64,000 nt of DNA, taken from NCBI GenBank assembly GCA_050248855.1, contig JBFWRP010000020.1:19620-83619 (forward strand), read 5' to 3'. The translations under genes and the position numbers were made by a program. Within the stretch, counting starts at the first letter, position 1; each line of letters opens with the position of its first letter. The notes below the pieces were generated by a model that searched no databases, was not told the origin of the DNA, and was given only the letters and a program-made list of their open reading frames with translations. Shown piece after piece: positions 9,770 to 19,709 of the stretch. This DNA is from Planctomycetota bacterium (GTDB taxonomy: Bacteria; Planctomycetota; PLA2; JAEUHO01).

Positions 9770-10978
9770 CTATCCCTCCGGCAACGCCTTGCGCTGTTCG
9801 TCGCGGGCGATCTCGCTGCGCGCGGCGCCTTTCGGGTCGGCGGCCAGGACGGCGCGGCGCTTGGCTTCGCCGCGCTCGAAGCGCTCGACCCATGCCCGCT
9901 TCCAGTCGGCGAAGCTGCCCCCGCGGATGCGGGAGCGGGCTTCGCGGGCGAGGTCCACGAGGAACGTGAGGTTGTGCAGGCTGCCGAGCGTCGTGGCCAC
10001 GTGCTCGTTCACGTGGAAGAGATGGCGGAGGTAGGCGCGCGAATGGGTGCGGCAGACGCGGCACCGGCAGCTCGGGTCGAGCGGTCGCTCGTCGCGGCGG
10101 TGCTCGATGGTGCCCACGCGGACCGTGCCGTCGGGCGTGAGCAGCCAGCCGCGTCGGCCGTTGCGTGTGGGCAGCACGCAGTCGAAGAGGTCGATGCCGG
10201 CGTCGATGGCCTCGAGCATGTCCACGGGGTGGCCCACGCCCATCAGGTAACGCGGGCGATCCGCGGGCAGCAGGGGCGTGAAGGCGGCCACGGCCTCGCG
10301 CAGCGCGGCTTGGCCTTCGCCTACCGCCAGACCGCCCAGCGCGTAGCCGGGCAAGTCGAGCCCTGCGAGCTCCTCGGCCGAGCGCGTGCGCAGGCCGAGG
10401 TCGGTACCGCCCTGCACGATGCCGAAGAGGAGCTGGTCGTTGCGGGTCTGCGCGGCCTGCGCCTCGCGGGTCCAGCGCGTTGTGCGGCTCACGGCGGCCT
10501 CGATCGCCTCGCGCGGCGCGGGCAGGGCCACGCACTCGTCGAGCGCCATCACGATGTCGGCGCCCAGGGCTTCCTGGATGCGCATGACCTCCACGGGCCC
10601 CAGGCGAACGCGCTTGCCGTCCAGGTGGTTGCGCATCGACACGCCCGCCTCGTCGACTTCGACGAGCTTGCCGAGCGAGAACACCTGGTACCCGCCCGAG
10701 TCGGTAAGCCACGGGCGTTCCCAGCCCGTGAAGCCGTGCAGGCCGCCCAGCTCCCCGATGAGCGCTTCGCCGGGCCGGAGGTGCAGGTGGTAGGCGTTGG
10801 CCAGCACGACCTCGGGGTCGATGGCCATCATGTGGTCGTGCGTGAGGCCCTTCCACGAGGCACGGGTCGCCACGGGCATGAACGCCGGCGTCTTGACCAC
10901 CCCATGCGTCGTCGCGAAGCGCGTAGCCCGGGCGCTGCCCTCCGTCGCCTCGACCCGGAACTGCGGCGCCGCACCCAT
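9770..10978 (-). CDS. tgt: tRNA-guanine transglycosylase
   Basis: TPAFMPVAT, NAYHL, TDSGGYQVFSL, MALDEC, GIVQGG, GGLAVGE, FDCVLPTRNGR, Zn site CRCRVC...HNL. Confidence 0.97.
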   Translation of the reverse strand: MGAAPQFRVEATEGSARATRFATTHGVVKTPAFMPVATRASWKGLTHDHMMAIDPEVVLANAYHLHLRPGEALIGELGGLHGFTGWERPWLTDSGGYQVFSLGKLVEVDEAGVSMRNHLDGKRVRLGPVEVMRIQEALGADIVMALDECVALPAPREAIEAAVSRTTRWTREAQAAQTRNDQLLFGIVQGGTDLGLRTRSAEELAGLDLPGYALGGLAVGEGQAALREAVAAFTPLLPADRPRYLMGVGHPVDMLEAIDAGIDLFDCVLPTRNGRRGWLLTPDGTVRVGTIEHRRDERPLDPSCRCRVCRTHSRAYLRHLFHVNEHVATTLGSLHNLTFLVDLAREARSRIRGGSFADWKRAWVERFERGEAKRRAVLAADPKGAARSEIARDEQRKALPEG

Positions 10979-10983
10979 GGGTG

Positions 10984-12225
10984 TCAGTACATACGGGCGA
11001 GCACCGCCCCCGGGTAGTAGAAGCGCACGATGTCGCTCTCGGTGGCGCCGCGCAGGCCCATCTGGATGGCGCCCACCTGGCACATGCCGACACCGTGCCC
11101 CCAGCCGCCGCCGGTGATGCGGAAGGAGCCGTCCGCCTGGCGCTCGATCCGCTCGATGCGGTGGCTGCGCAGACCGGCGACGCTCCGGAAGTGGATGCCG
11201 GGGAGCCGCTTGGTGCGCTGGCTGGGGCCGTAGACGACCTCGACGGTGGCGGCCCAGCCGCCGCGTCCCTGCTCGACGATGCGTACCTCGTGGACGGGGA
11301 GGCTGATGCCGCCCCAGCGCTGGAGGCCCTTCGCAAGGCGCGCTTGCGGCACGTCCTCCGTCCATCGGAAGTACTTGCTGGCGTACGCCTCGCTCGGCGC
11401 GCACCACGGGCAGGGCACGCCGCGCAGGACCTCGGGCGCGGGACCGGGGTCGAGCTGCGACGTCTGCGCGTCGGTCGTGTGACCGCCGCACGTGCTGCTG
11501 TAGTACGCGTGGATCGGATGACCGCGCGCGGTCAGTACGACACCGCGGTTGGCGCTCGTGGCCTGGAGCATCTGGCTCCACGTGATGCCGTACGAAGTGG
11601 GCACGTCCATGCCCCCGAAGACCTGGCTACGCGTGTCGTCGGTGACGTGCCACGGACGCGAGGCCGCGCCGGCCTCCTGCACCTTCTCGTACACGTACGT
11701 GCGCGCGCAGAGCGCCTGGGCCCGGTACGTGGCGGGGCGTGCGCCGGGACCGACTTCGTTGCCGATGACGCCGGCGACGTACGTCTCCATGTCGAGCTCG
11801 TCGACGACCTCGAGCCGGCCCTTGTCGTCGATGCGGGCCCGGAGCGTGCCGGGGTAGGGCCTGCCGTCGAGCTCGAAGTGGCGAGCGACGTGCAGGCGCA
11901 GCGTGGTGCCGCCCGCCGGGCGGCCGTCGAGCGTGAGGGATCCGCCCGCCACGCCCAGCCGCATGTCGAGGTCGGTGCTGCCTTCCTGCCGGCGGCCGCC
12001 CACTTCGAGCCGCCACGCTTGGTCCCGGACGGTGATGCGCGGGCTCGTGCCCGCCTTGGTCAGCAACACCCGGACGCTCGGAGGCGCCGTGTTGGCCAGC
12101 AGCGCAGGCGGGTAGCCGTCGCCACAGGACGTGAGGAGCAGGCCGCCCACGGCGAGCAGGACGCCGACTCCCGTCGGGAGCAGGAGGCGGCGGGCGGCAG
12201 GGGATTGCGGACGGGAGACGGGCAT
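10984..12225 (-). CDS. SpoIID/LytB-domain lipoprotein (lytic transglycosylase family)
   Basis: Lipobox LLTSC, METYVAGVIGNEV, AQALCARTY, SQVFGG, YYSSTCGGHT, GGGWGHGVGMCQVGA, FYYPG. Confidence 0.9.
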   Translation of the reverse strand: MPVSRPQSPAARRLLLPTGVGVLLAVGGLLLTSCGDGYPPALLANTAPPSVRVLLTKAGTSPRITVRDQAWRLEVGGRRQEGSTDLDMRLGVAGGSLTLDGRPAGGTTLRLHVARHFELDGRPYPGTLRARIDDKGRLEVVDELDMETYVAGVIGNEVGPGARPATYRAQALCARTYVYEKVQEAGAASRPWHVTDDTRSQVFGGMDVPTSYGITWSQMLQATSANRGVVLTARGHPIHAYYSSTCGGHTTDAQTSQLDPGPAPEVLRGVPCPWCAPSEAYASKYFRWTEDVPQARLAKGLQRWGGISLPVHEVRIVEQGRGGWAATVEVVYGPSQRTKRLPGIHFRSVAGLRSHRIERIERQADGSFRITGGGWGHGVGMCQVGAIQMGLRGATESDIVRFYYPGAVLARMY

Positions 12226-12263
12226 CCGGAGCTCCTCGCGCAGGTCATCCAAGCGGCCGGGCT

Positions 12264-13328
12264 TCAGCCAAGGGGGAGTGGGTAGGTGGCCTCGCTGGCC
12301 GGTGGCGTACCGCCGAGCAACAGCCAGCCGCGCGGGGTCAGCTGGCGACCCTGGGGCGTCTTCACCAGGTAGCCCTCGCGCAGCAGGTGCGGCTCGCACA
12401 CGTCCTCGAGGGTGCGCTCGTCTTCGCCGACGGCGGCGGCGATCGTCTTCAGGCCCAAGGGGCGCCCGCCCGCACGCGAGAGTGCGGTGAGCACGTGGCG
12501 GTCGAGGCGGTCGAGACCGTCCTCGTCCACGCCGATGCGCGCGAGGCCGTCGCGCGCGAGCGCTTCGGTGATGCGTCCCTCGCCTTCGACCTGGGCGAGA
12601 TCGCGCACGCGGCGCACGAAGCGGTTGACGACGCGCGGGGTGCCGCGTGCGCGACGGGCGAGCCACAGGGCGCCCTGCTCGTCCATCTCGACGCCGAGGA
12701 GGTCGGCGGTGCGACGGGCGATGGAGGCCAAGGCGTCCACGGGGTAGGGCTCGAGCCGCTCGCGGATGACGAAGCGGTCGCGCAGGGGCGCCGAGAGCAT
12801 GCCCTCGCGCGTCGTCGCGCCGACCAGCGTGAAGCGGGGCAGGTCGATGCGCAGGCTGCGCGCGCTCGGGCCCTGGTCGAGCACGATGTCGAGGACGAAG
12901 TCCTCCATGGCCGCGTAGAGGTACTCCTCCACGGCGGGCGGCAGGCGATGGACCTCGTCGATGAAAAGCACGTCGCCGCGCTCGAGGCGTGTCAGGAGCC
13001 CTGCGAGGTCGGCCGCGCGCGTGAGCACGGGGGCCGCGGCCTCGTGCAGGTGTCCGCCCATGCGGTCGGCCACCAGGTGGGCGAGCGTCGTCTTGCCCAG
13101 GCCCGGCAGACCGCAGAGCAGCACGTGGTCCAGGGCCTCGCCCCGCCCACGGGCCGCCGTCACGGCCAGCTCGAGGTTCTCCACGACGCCACGCTGGCCG
13201 ACGAACTCGTCCATCGTGCGCGGGCGCAGATGGACCTCGAGCGTCGCCTCGCGCTCGTCGCCCGGTCCGTCCCAGGCCGCGCCGGCGGCCTCGGGGCGAC
13301 CCGTCTGGCTGTCCTGCCGCCCGGCCAT
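12264..13328 (-). CDS. ruvB: Holliday junction helicase RuvB
   Basis: LRPRTMDEFVGQ, GLPGLGKTT, LFIDEVHRL, GATTREG, PLRDRF, RGTPR, KTPQGR. Confidence 0.97.
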   Translation of the reverse strand: MAGRQDSQTGRPEAAGAAWDGPGDEREATLEVHLRPRTMDEFVGQRGVVENLELAVTAARGRGEALDHVLLCGLPGLGKTTLAHLVADRMGGHLHEAAAPVLTRAADLAGLLTRLERGDVLFIDEVHRLPPAVEEYLYAAMEDFVLDIVLDQGPSARSLRIDLPRFTLVGATTREGMLSAPLRDRFVIRERLEPYPVDALASIARRTADLLGVEMDEQGALWLARRARGTPRVVNRFVRRVRDLAQVEGEGRITEALARDGLARIGVDEDGLDRLDRHVLTALSRAGGRPLGLKTIAAAVGEDERTLEDVCEPHLLREGYLVKTPQGRQLTPRGWLLLGGTPPASEATYPLPLG

Positions 13329-13567
13329 GCTGGGGCTCCCTCGGCCCCCGCAGCCACGCCACGCGCCATCGATCGGCCCACCGGGACCCCCGGGATCCTG
13401 GCTCGGCACCGTGCAGGGACGGCCCGAGCGTAGCCGGGGGAGTGGACCTCCGCAACGGGTGGGGGGCCAAGCCCCGCTGGCCCCCCAGATGCGGTACGGG
13501 CCGCCCTCGTCCACCGACGTCCGGGTCCCCGGGGGGCGCGGCGGCAGCAGGCTCCTACACTCCCGCC

Positions 13568-14293
13568 GTGCTGGCCGACGTCGCCCCCCAACGCTTCGCC
13601 GACGAGGCCGACCGCAAGCGCGGTGCGCGCATCTCGCGCATGTTCGACCGGATCGCGCCGACGTACGACGTGCTGAACCGCCTGCTGTCGGCGCGAACGG
13701 ACGTGCGTTGGCGCAAGCAGGCGGTGGAGCTGCTCCGGCTCACGGGCCGCGAGCGCGTGCTGGATGCCTGCACCGGCACGGGCGACCTGGCCATCGCGCT
13801 CGAGGACGGGGGTGCCGGCGAGGTGGTGGGCACGGACTTCGCCCCGGCCATGGTGGAGCTGGCCCGCGAGAAGGCGGGGAACCGCATCCGGTTCGACGTC
13901 GCCGATACCACGGCGCTGCCCTTTGCCGACGCATCGTTCGACATCGCCACGGTCAGCTTCGGGGTCCGCAACCTCGAGCGACTGGACGAAGGCCTGCGCG
14001 AGCTCTCGCGGGTCCTCGTGCCGGGTGGCCGGTTGCTCGTGCTCGAGTTCTCGCGCCCGCCCAACCCGGTGTTCCGCGCGATCTACAACATGTACTTCAT
14101 GATCGTGCTGCCGTTGATCGGCAACCTCGTGAGCGGCGGGGCCGACAACGCCTACACCTACTTGCCGCGCAGCGTGCAGGCCTGGCCCGGCCCGGCCGCG
14201 CTCGCCGAGCGCATCCGCAAGGCCGGCTTCCAGAAGGTGGACGTGACGCCGCTCACCTTCGGCATCGCCTGCATCCACCTCGCCACGAAGTAA
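13568..14293 (+). CDS. ubiE: Demethylmenaquinone/ubiquinone methyltransferase UbiE/MenG
   Basis: MFDRIAPTYDVLNRLLS, LDACTGTGD, SFGVRN, LEFSRP, AYTYLPRSV. Start approximate (GTG). Confidence 0.92.
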   Translation: MLADVAPQRFADEADRKRGARISRMFDRIAPTYDVLNRLLSARTDVRWRKQAVELLRLTGRERVLDACTGTGDLAIALEDGGAGEVVGTDFAPAMVELAREKAGNRIRFDVADTTALPFADASFDIATVSFGVRNLERLDEGLRELSRVLVPGGRLLVLEFSRPPNPVFRAIYNMYFMIVLPLIGNLVSGGADNAYTYLPRSVQAWPGPAALAERIRKAGFQKVDVTPLTFGIACIHLATK

Positions 14294-14451
14294 CGCGCGA
14301 AGCTGCCCGGCTCGCGGCTGCGAGCGGAGCACGGCGGGCCGCGTGCCAGGCTTTTTCGTGCAGCGCTCGCCGGGGGGAAGGCCTGCGTGCCCTGGCCCGG
14401 GCGAGGCCTGCGGCGTGTCGGCGGCCTGCCGGCGGAGCCTGGCGCTGCCGG

Positions 14452-15633
14452 CTAGGCACCCGCGGGGCGGCGTGGGGCGAACGCGGTGGCGAGGCCGACC
14501 ACGAGGCGCTCGCCGGCGAGCCGCGGGGGGATGCGGCCGGTCTTGACGCCGGCCTCGGCTTCGAAAAGCAGGCGCCCGGCGGCTTCGTAGAGGCGCGGAC
14601 CGCGGCGGGCCCGGGCCAGGAACGGCGCCGCCGAGAACGACGGTACGCCCGCTGCGGCGAGGACCTCCGCGTCGCCCTCGCCCCGCGCCAGCCCCTCGGC
14701 CGCCGCGAACCCCTTCGCCCAACCGCCGTGCAGCGCCCGGTCGAGGAACGCGAACACGCCCGAGTGCGTGTGCACGTGGGCGCCGCGTTCGTCGTGGATG
14801 CCGCGTTCGAAGGCCTGCTGCACGAGGGCAACCGCCTCGGCGACGTTGCCGTCGAGCACGGCGTCCACGAGCGTCCAGAGCGGGTCCTCGCGCGAGCGGC
14901 CGACCACCTCGACGACGTCCTCCGTCGTGATCGGTGCGCCCTCCGGCAGGGCCAGGGACAGGCTCGCGAGCGCTTCCTCGAGCGCGCCGAGGTCGCTGCC
15001 GACCTGGCGCGTCATCGCATGCGCAACGTCCAGCGCGAGACGCCGGCCATGGGCCGTGCGCGCGCGCTCCACCACGTGTCGCGCCAGCTCGTGGTCGTGC
15101 GGCGCCTTGCCCCGCTCCCACGGCGCGGGCGCGTCGTAGAGCGAGCGACAGTCCACCAGCCATGCGCCCGCCTTGGCGATGGCCGCAGCCCCGACGCTGT
15201 TCTTGCCCTTGACGCCGCGGCTGCTCGTGAGGACGAGGAGCGATCCCGCAGGCGCGCTGGCCATGGCCTCCTTGACCAGCGACGTGCTGCGCAGCGGCTT
15301 GCCGGGCCCGGGTGCGGTGCCGGCATCCGGTTCGTCCACCACGACCACGCGCTCCTCGGCGAAGAGGCTGGTGCCGCGGAGCTCGTCGAGGACCGCATCC
15401 AGGCGTGGTCGGTCCTCGGTGCGGCGCGCATCCAAGCGCACGAGCCCGCCGCCCGGGTCCCCGTCGGGGAACGCACGCTGCACCAAGGCTTCGACCACGC
15501 GGTCGCGGAACCAACGTTCGCTGCCCGCGGCCACCACGACGCGCGGCGGGGCCTCGCGGGCCACGCGGCCCAGGAAGGCCGCCGGCGTCATCCCGGAGGG
15601 CGCGGCAGGGCGGGTCGAGGTGCGGGCGGCCAT
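14452..15633 (-). CDS. holA: DNA polymerase III delta subunit (divergent)
   Basis: GSERWFRD, LDELRGTSLFAEERVVVV, VGSDLGALEEAL, ITTEDVVEVVG, LWTLVDAV. Confidence 0.8.
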   Translation of the reverse strand: MAARTSTRPAAPSGMTPAAFLGRVAREAPPRVVVAAGSERWFRDRVVEALVQRAFPDGDPGGGLVRLDARRTEDRPRLDAVLDELRGTSLFAEERVVVVDEPDAGTAPGPGKPLRSTSLVKEAMASAPAGSLLVLTSSRGVKGKNSVGAAAIAKAGAWLVDCRSLYDAPAPWERGKAPHDHELARHVVERARTAHGRRLALDVAHAMTRQVGSDLGALEEALASLSLALPEGAPITTEDVVEVVGRSREDPLWTLVDAVLDGNVAEAVALVQQAFERGIHDERGAHVHTHSGVFAFLDRALHGGWAKGFAAAEGLARGEGDAEVLAAAGVPSFSAAPFLARARRGPRLYEAAGRLLFEAEAGVKTGRIPPRLAGERLVVGLATAFAPRRPAGA

Positions 15634-15708
15634 CGCGCGATCTTCGCAAGGCCCCCGGACGCGCCCGCCACTGAATCCACGAGGGGCCGTGGCCGATCCC
15701 CCCGAGGC

Positions 15709-16470
15709 ATGGCGCGGTCCCGAGTCCCCGATCCCGACTACGTGGAGCGGACCCGCCACGTCGCCATCAACTTGCTGTTCCTGATGCCGTGGCTGCTCGT
15801 CTACCAGCTGGCGTTGATGGGCTCGGGCAGTCGGCTGGACAACGCGGCGGCCGTGTGGCTGCGTTCGGGCATCGGCATGCTGGGCCGCCAAGGCTTCGTC
15901 GTGGCCTCGCTCGTTGCCTCGCTGGTGCTCTGCCTCGTGGTCCTGCTCCGGTTGCGCGAGGCGGCGCGCGACCGCGGTGTGTTCGGCGGGATGATGGTGG
16001 AGAGCGTCGTCTACGGGCTCCTGCTGGGCCTCGTGGCCAGCGTGCTCTCCCGGCAGGTCCCCATGGTGCGCCCGCACCTGCCACCTGGAGCCTTCGATGC
16101 CGGCAACCTTTCGAGCGGCACGATCGCCGCGCTCAGGACCCACGTGGAGGGGTTGGGTCTTGCGCTGGGTGCCGGGATCTTCGAGGAGCTCGTGTTTCGC
16201 GGCGTGCTGGTGGGCGGGCTGCTGCTCGTCGTGGGACGGGGCCTGGGCGCGGGGCGCGCGCTGACCGCGTGTCTTGCCGTGCCCGCCGCCGCGTGGGTGT
16301 TCAGCGCCTGGCACCACTGGGGGGTCGGGGCCGAGCCGTGGTCCCAGGCCGTCTTCACGTTCCGCTTCCACGCAGGACTCGTGCTGGGCGTGATCTACGT
16401 GACGCGGGGCCTGGGCATCGCGGCCTTGGCGCACGGCGTCTACGACGTGATCGTCCTCGCGCAGCGGTAG
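15709..16470 (+). CDS. CPBP (CAAX/Abi) family intramembrane glutamic protease
   Basis: AGIFEELVFRG, FSAWHH, AHGVYD motifs. Several TM helices. Confidence 0.88.
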   Translation: MARSRVPDPDYVERTRHVAINLLFLMPWLLVYQLALMGSGSRLDNAAAVWLRSGIGMLGRQGFVVASLVASLVLCLVVLLRLREAARDRGVFGGMMVESVVYGLLLGLVASVLSRQVPMVRPHLPPGAFDAGNLSSGTIAALRTHVEGLGLALGAGIFEELVFRGVLVGGLLLVVGRGLGAGRALTACLAVPAAAWVFSAWHHWGVGAEPWSQAVFTFRFHAGLVLGVIYVTRGLGIAALAHGVYDVIVLAQR

Positions 16471-16488
16471 GGCGGTACGGCGTCGAGC

Positions 16489-16582
16489 ACGGAGTCGGGT
16501 GGGATTCCACCCTCGGGCCGCGACGATCTCTCCCATGCGGGAGCGTGCAACGGCCCGAGGGTGGAATCTCACCCGACTCCGT
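16489..16582. repeat. REP-doublet (REPIN-like) hairpin with 32-bp inverted arms
   Basis: ACGGAGTCGGGTGGGATTCCACCCTCGGGCCG (16489-16520) vs 16551-16582, 1 mismatch, 30-nt spacer. Each arm has an internal palindrome GGGTGG-ATT-CCACCC-like. Confidence 0.85.
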
Positions 16583-16599
16583 ACACGCGTGCGTAGCTG

Positions 16600-16785
16600 C
16601 TGCAATGGAAGGTGCCTGAACTCCGGGCTCGGACAGGACAGCCACGCTTCCATGGGAGGGGGTGCCGCGCGCATCGAGACGCGGTACGGAGGCGGGGATT
16701 TCTTCCGCAACTTGCCGCCCTGCGCTTCGGCATGCGGAAGTGCCCATCGGCAAGTTGCGGAAGAATTCCCCGCCTCCGTACGGGC
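16600..16785. repeat. Dispersed repeat family A, copy 1 (leader of about 85 bp plus hairpin with 34-bp arms)
   Basis: Arms 16684-16717 and 16748-16781 (1 mismatch, 30-nt spacer). Homologous to 56482-56665. Confidence 0.85.
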
Positions 16786-16806
16786 TTTGCCGTCGGCATG
16801 AACAAC

Positions 16807-18651
16807 TTACACCGTGCGGTGGAACCAGCGCTCGAGGTCGGCGCGCTTGAGCGTGAGGCGCGTCGGGCGGCCGTGGGGGCACGAGTGGGCGTGATCCAGG
16901 GCTTCGGCTTGCGCCAGGAGCGCCAGCACTTCTTCCGCGTCCAGGCGATCGCCCGCCATGACCGCGCTGCGGCACGCCAAGCGGTCGACGGCCTCGGACA
17001 AGAGCGCGGCACGGTCCAGGCCATCCCTGCGACCAGCCTCGAGCAGCTCGAGCACCTCCGCGAGAGCCGCCTCCGGATCGGGTCGCTTGAGCACGGCGGG
17101 AACGCCGTGGACGGCGATGGCGTCGTCGCCAAAGGGCCCGATGTCCCAGCCCAGCGTGGCGAGCCACGCGGCCTCGTCCAGGAGCCGCGCCGCGCCCGCC
17201 GGTCCGGGATGGACGACCTTGGGGACGAGCAGGCGCTGCACCTCGAGCCCGCCCTTCTCGCGCAGACGTGCGTTGATGCGGTCGAACAACACGCGCTCGT
17301 GCAGCGCGTGCTGGTCGACGAGCACGATGGCGTCATCGGCCTCGAGGACGAGGTAGAGGCCGAGCGCCTGGCCGATCGGACGCAGGCCCTCGACAGGGGT
17401 CCGCGGCGCGGCAGCGGCCGCGTCGTCGTCCGCGCGGGCCGGTGGCCGAGAGGTCGGGCCGGACGCGTCGAGGCGGCGTGGGTCCAGCGGCGGCAGCGGG
17501 GTCGCGTCGGACGGCCCGCGTCGAGCGACGCCGGTCGACGACGGCGCGTAGGACGGCGCGCGCGGCCCGAACACGAACGCGCTGGCCACGTGCTCGGCGA
17601 CGCGCGCCGCGCGCTCGGCCGTGAAGGTGACGGGGACGCCGGGCTGCGCCTGCTCCAGCACGCGACGCAGCGCCCGACGCACGAGGCGGTGGACGGCGCC
17701 CGCATCGCGCCAGCGCACCTCGCTCTTCTGCGGATGCACGTTGACGTCGACGACCTCGGCCGGTGCGTCGAGGAACACGAAGGCCACGGGGCGCGCCCCG
17801 CCTGGCGGCAGCAGGTCGCGGTAGGCCTCGCGCACGGCATGGGCCACGGTGCGGTCGCGGACGTGCCGGCCACCGAGCCACGTGAGCTCGTAGCGCCCGT
17901 CGCGACGCGTGGTGGAGGGCGGCCCGATCCACGCCTCCAGGCGGATCAGCCCGTCGTCCTCGTGGACCTCCAGCAGGGCGCGCGCGACGTCGTCGTCGAT
18001 GTGCCGCGCGAGGCGCGCGCGGCGCCCCTCGCCGGAGGGCGCCTCGAGGAGCGTGCGTCCGTCGGCCCGCAGGCGGAACGCCACGTCGGGGAAAGCGGCG
18101 GCGAAGCGATGGACCACGTCGCGCACGTGGCCCAGCTCCGTGGCGGGTGTGCGCAGGAACTTGCGACGGGCTGGCACGTGGCGAAACAGCTCTTCCGCGA
18201 CGACGACGGTGCCGGGGGAGGCGGCCGCGGGCTCGACGGGTCCGATGTCGCCGAACGCATCCACGACCCGGTGACCCGGCGCCGCACTCCCGTCGGGGCC
18301 TGCGCGCTCGGCCGAGGTCACGGTGACGCGCGCAACGGCCCCGACGCTCGCGAGCGCCTCGCCGCGAAACCCCAAGGTGCCGATGTGCAGCAGGTCCTCG
18401 GGCGTGCGGATCTTGCTCGTGGCATGCGGCAGGAACACGCGTGCGAGGTCGGCGGCGTCCATGCCGTGGCCGTCGTCGGCCACCTCCAGGCGCGTGAGCC
18501 CGCCGTCGGCGACGTCCACGTGGATGCGCCGGGCGCCCGCGTCGAGCGCGTTGTCGATCAGCTCACGCACCACCGACGCGGGTCGTTCGACCACCTCGCC
18601 CGCAGCGATCTGGTTGACGACGTGCGGGTCGAGAACGTGGATGCGGCCCAA
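16807..18651 (-). CDS. mutL: DNA mismatch repair endonuclease MutL
   Basis: NQIAAGEVVERPASVVRELIDNALDAG, TLGFRGEALAS, VDVNVHPQKSEV, DQHALHER, ACR, CPHGRP. TTG start inferred. Confidence 0.95.
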   Translation of the reverse strand: MGRIHVLDPHVVNQIAAGEVVERPASVVRELIDNALDAGARRIHVDVADGGLTRLEVADDGHGMDAADLARVFLPHATSKIRTPEDLLHIGTLGFRGEALASVGAVARVTVTSAERAGPDGSAAPGHRVVDAFGDIGPVEPAAASPGTVVVAEELFRHVPARRKFLRTPATELGHVRDVVHRFAAAFPDVAFRLRADGRTLLEAPSGEGRRARLARHIDDDVARALLEVHEDDGLIRLEAWIGPPSTTRRDGRYELTWLGGRHVRDRTVAHAVREAYRDLLPPGGARPVAFVFLDAPAEVVDVNVHPQKSEVRWRDAGAVHRLVRRALRRVLEQAQPGVPVTFTAERAARVAEHVASAFVFGPRAPSYAPSSTGVARRGPSDATPLPPLDPRRLDASGPTSRPPARADDDAAAAAPRTPVEGLRPIGQALGLYLVLEADDAIVLVDQHALHERVLFDRINARLREKGGLEVQRLLVPKVVHPGPAGAARLLDEAAWLATLGWDIGPFGDDAIAVHGVPAVLKRPDPEAALAEVLELLEAGRRDGLDRAALLSEAVDRLACRSAVMAGDRLDAEEVLALLAQAEALDHAHSCPHGRPTRLTLKRADLERWFHRTV

Positions 18652-18697
18652 GGTGGGGGGAGGGTACTCCTCGCCCCCGACGGCGACGGGCCTGCCG

Positions 18698-19633
18698 TCA
18701 GCGGTTCCCGTCGCTCGGGGGAGGCGCGGCCTGGGGGGCCTCGAACAGCGCCGGCGGGATGTTGGCGTTGATGCGGATGTCCTGCGGGAAGGCCATGAGG
18801 AAGCGCTTGAGCGGTGCGCCGGGGACCTCCTGGCTGAAGGCCTCGATGCGTGCCGGGTAGCGGAAGTAGGGGCCCGCCTTCCAGTCGCGCAGCAGGTAGT
18901 ACTCCGTCGGCTCCTTCGCCTTGGCATCGCCGACGACGGTCACCACACCCGGCCACGTGGCCTTCACGGGACGGCCGGAGCCGTCCTTCTCGTAGGCGAA
19001 GAAGAAGACGATCTGCGCCTCCTGGCCCACGACCCGGTTGACCTTGAGCCAGTCGCCCGCGAACGCGCCGCCGCCCTGCGTGACGCCCTCGTAGTCGAAG
19101 CGCACGTTGTCGCCCTTGAGGCTCTGCAGGGTCAGGAACGCGGCCAGGTCGGCCAGCCGCGCGCGGTCCTGCTTGAGCTGCTGGATGGCGCGGGCGCCAT
19201 CGGCCGTTCCGGTGACGGAGCTGACCTGGGCGTCGGGGCTGATGACCCACATCCTGTCGCCGTTCAGGATCTTCGTGGTGGTCTGGGCCAGCGCGCGCTC
19301 CGGGCGGATCTCGAAGCGGTAGCGGTCGTCCTGGTCGAACCAGAGGCGCAGGAAGCCCTCCTGCTGGTTGCCCTCGATCTGCACCTGCGTGTCGGCGAGG
19401 TCCGCGTAGAAGTTGCGCACCTGGTGGACCACGGGCTGTCCGCCCGAGACGAACTGCACGGCCTGGTCGAAGAAGCGCCCCCCGTTGGCGAAGTCGGGCG
19501 CGCGGGCCATCTCGCCGCCGCGTCCCTCGACGGTGCGGCCGGCGCCCATCGCGACGGCCAGCAAGGCGGCCCAGCCCACGAGGCGCAGCACGCGGCCGGT
19601 CGAGTGGAGGGACCAAGGTGCGTTCGACGTCAT
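18698..19633 (-). CDS. Exported LolA/LppX-like beta-sheet protein, paralog 3
   Basis: Signal-like N-terminus. GFLRLWFDQDDRYRFE...TTKILNGDRMWV...LKQDRARLADLAAFLTL shared with the two neighbours. Confidence 0.6.
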   Translation of the reverse strand: MTSNAPWSLHSTGRVLRLVGWAALLAVAMGAGRTVEGRGGEMARAPDFANGGRFFDQAVQFVSGGQPVVHQVRNFYADLADTQVQIEGNQQEGFLRLWFDQDDRYRFEIRPERALAQTTTKILNGDRMWVISPDAQVSSVTGTADGARAIQQLKQDRARLADLAAFLTLQSLKGDNVRFDYEGVTQGGGAFAGDWLKVNRVVGQEAQIVFFFAYEKDGSGRPVKATWPGVVTVVGDAKAKEPTEYYLLRDWKAGPYFRYPARIEAFSQEVPGAPLKRFLMAFPQDIRINANIPPALFEAPQAAPPPSDGNR

Positions 19634-19709
19634 GACGGCACTCCGGGACGAAGGGGCACTGTCGCCCGAACCACAAGGTCGCTCCAGCGCGGGACGCGCT
19701 GCCCCTGTG

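Noticed and set aside
12961..15708. 1169-aa ORF 12961..16470
   Set aside because: The 5' part overlaps ruvB, ubiE and holA. Only the CPBP portion is credible.
16612..18771. 719-aa + strand ORF
   Set aside because: Antisense shadow of mutL.
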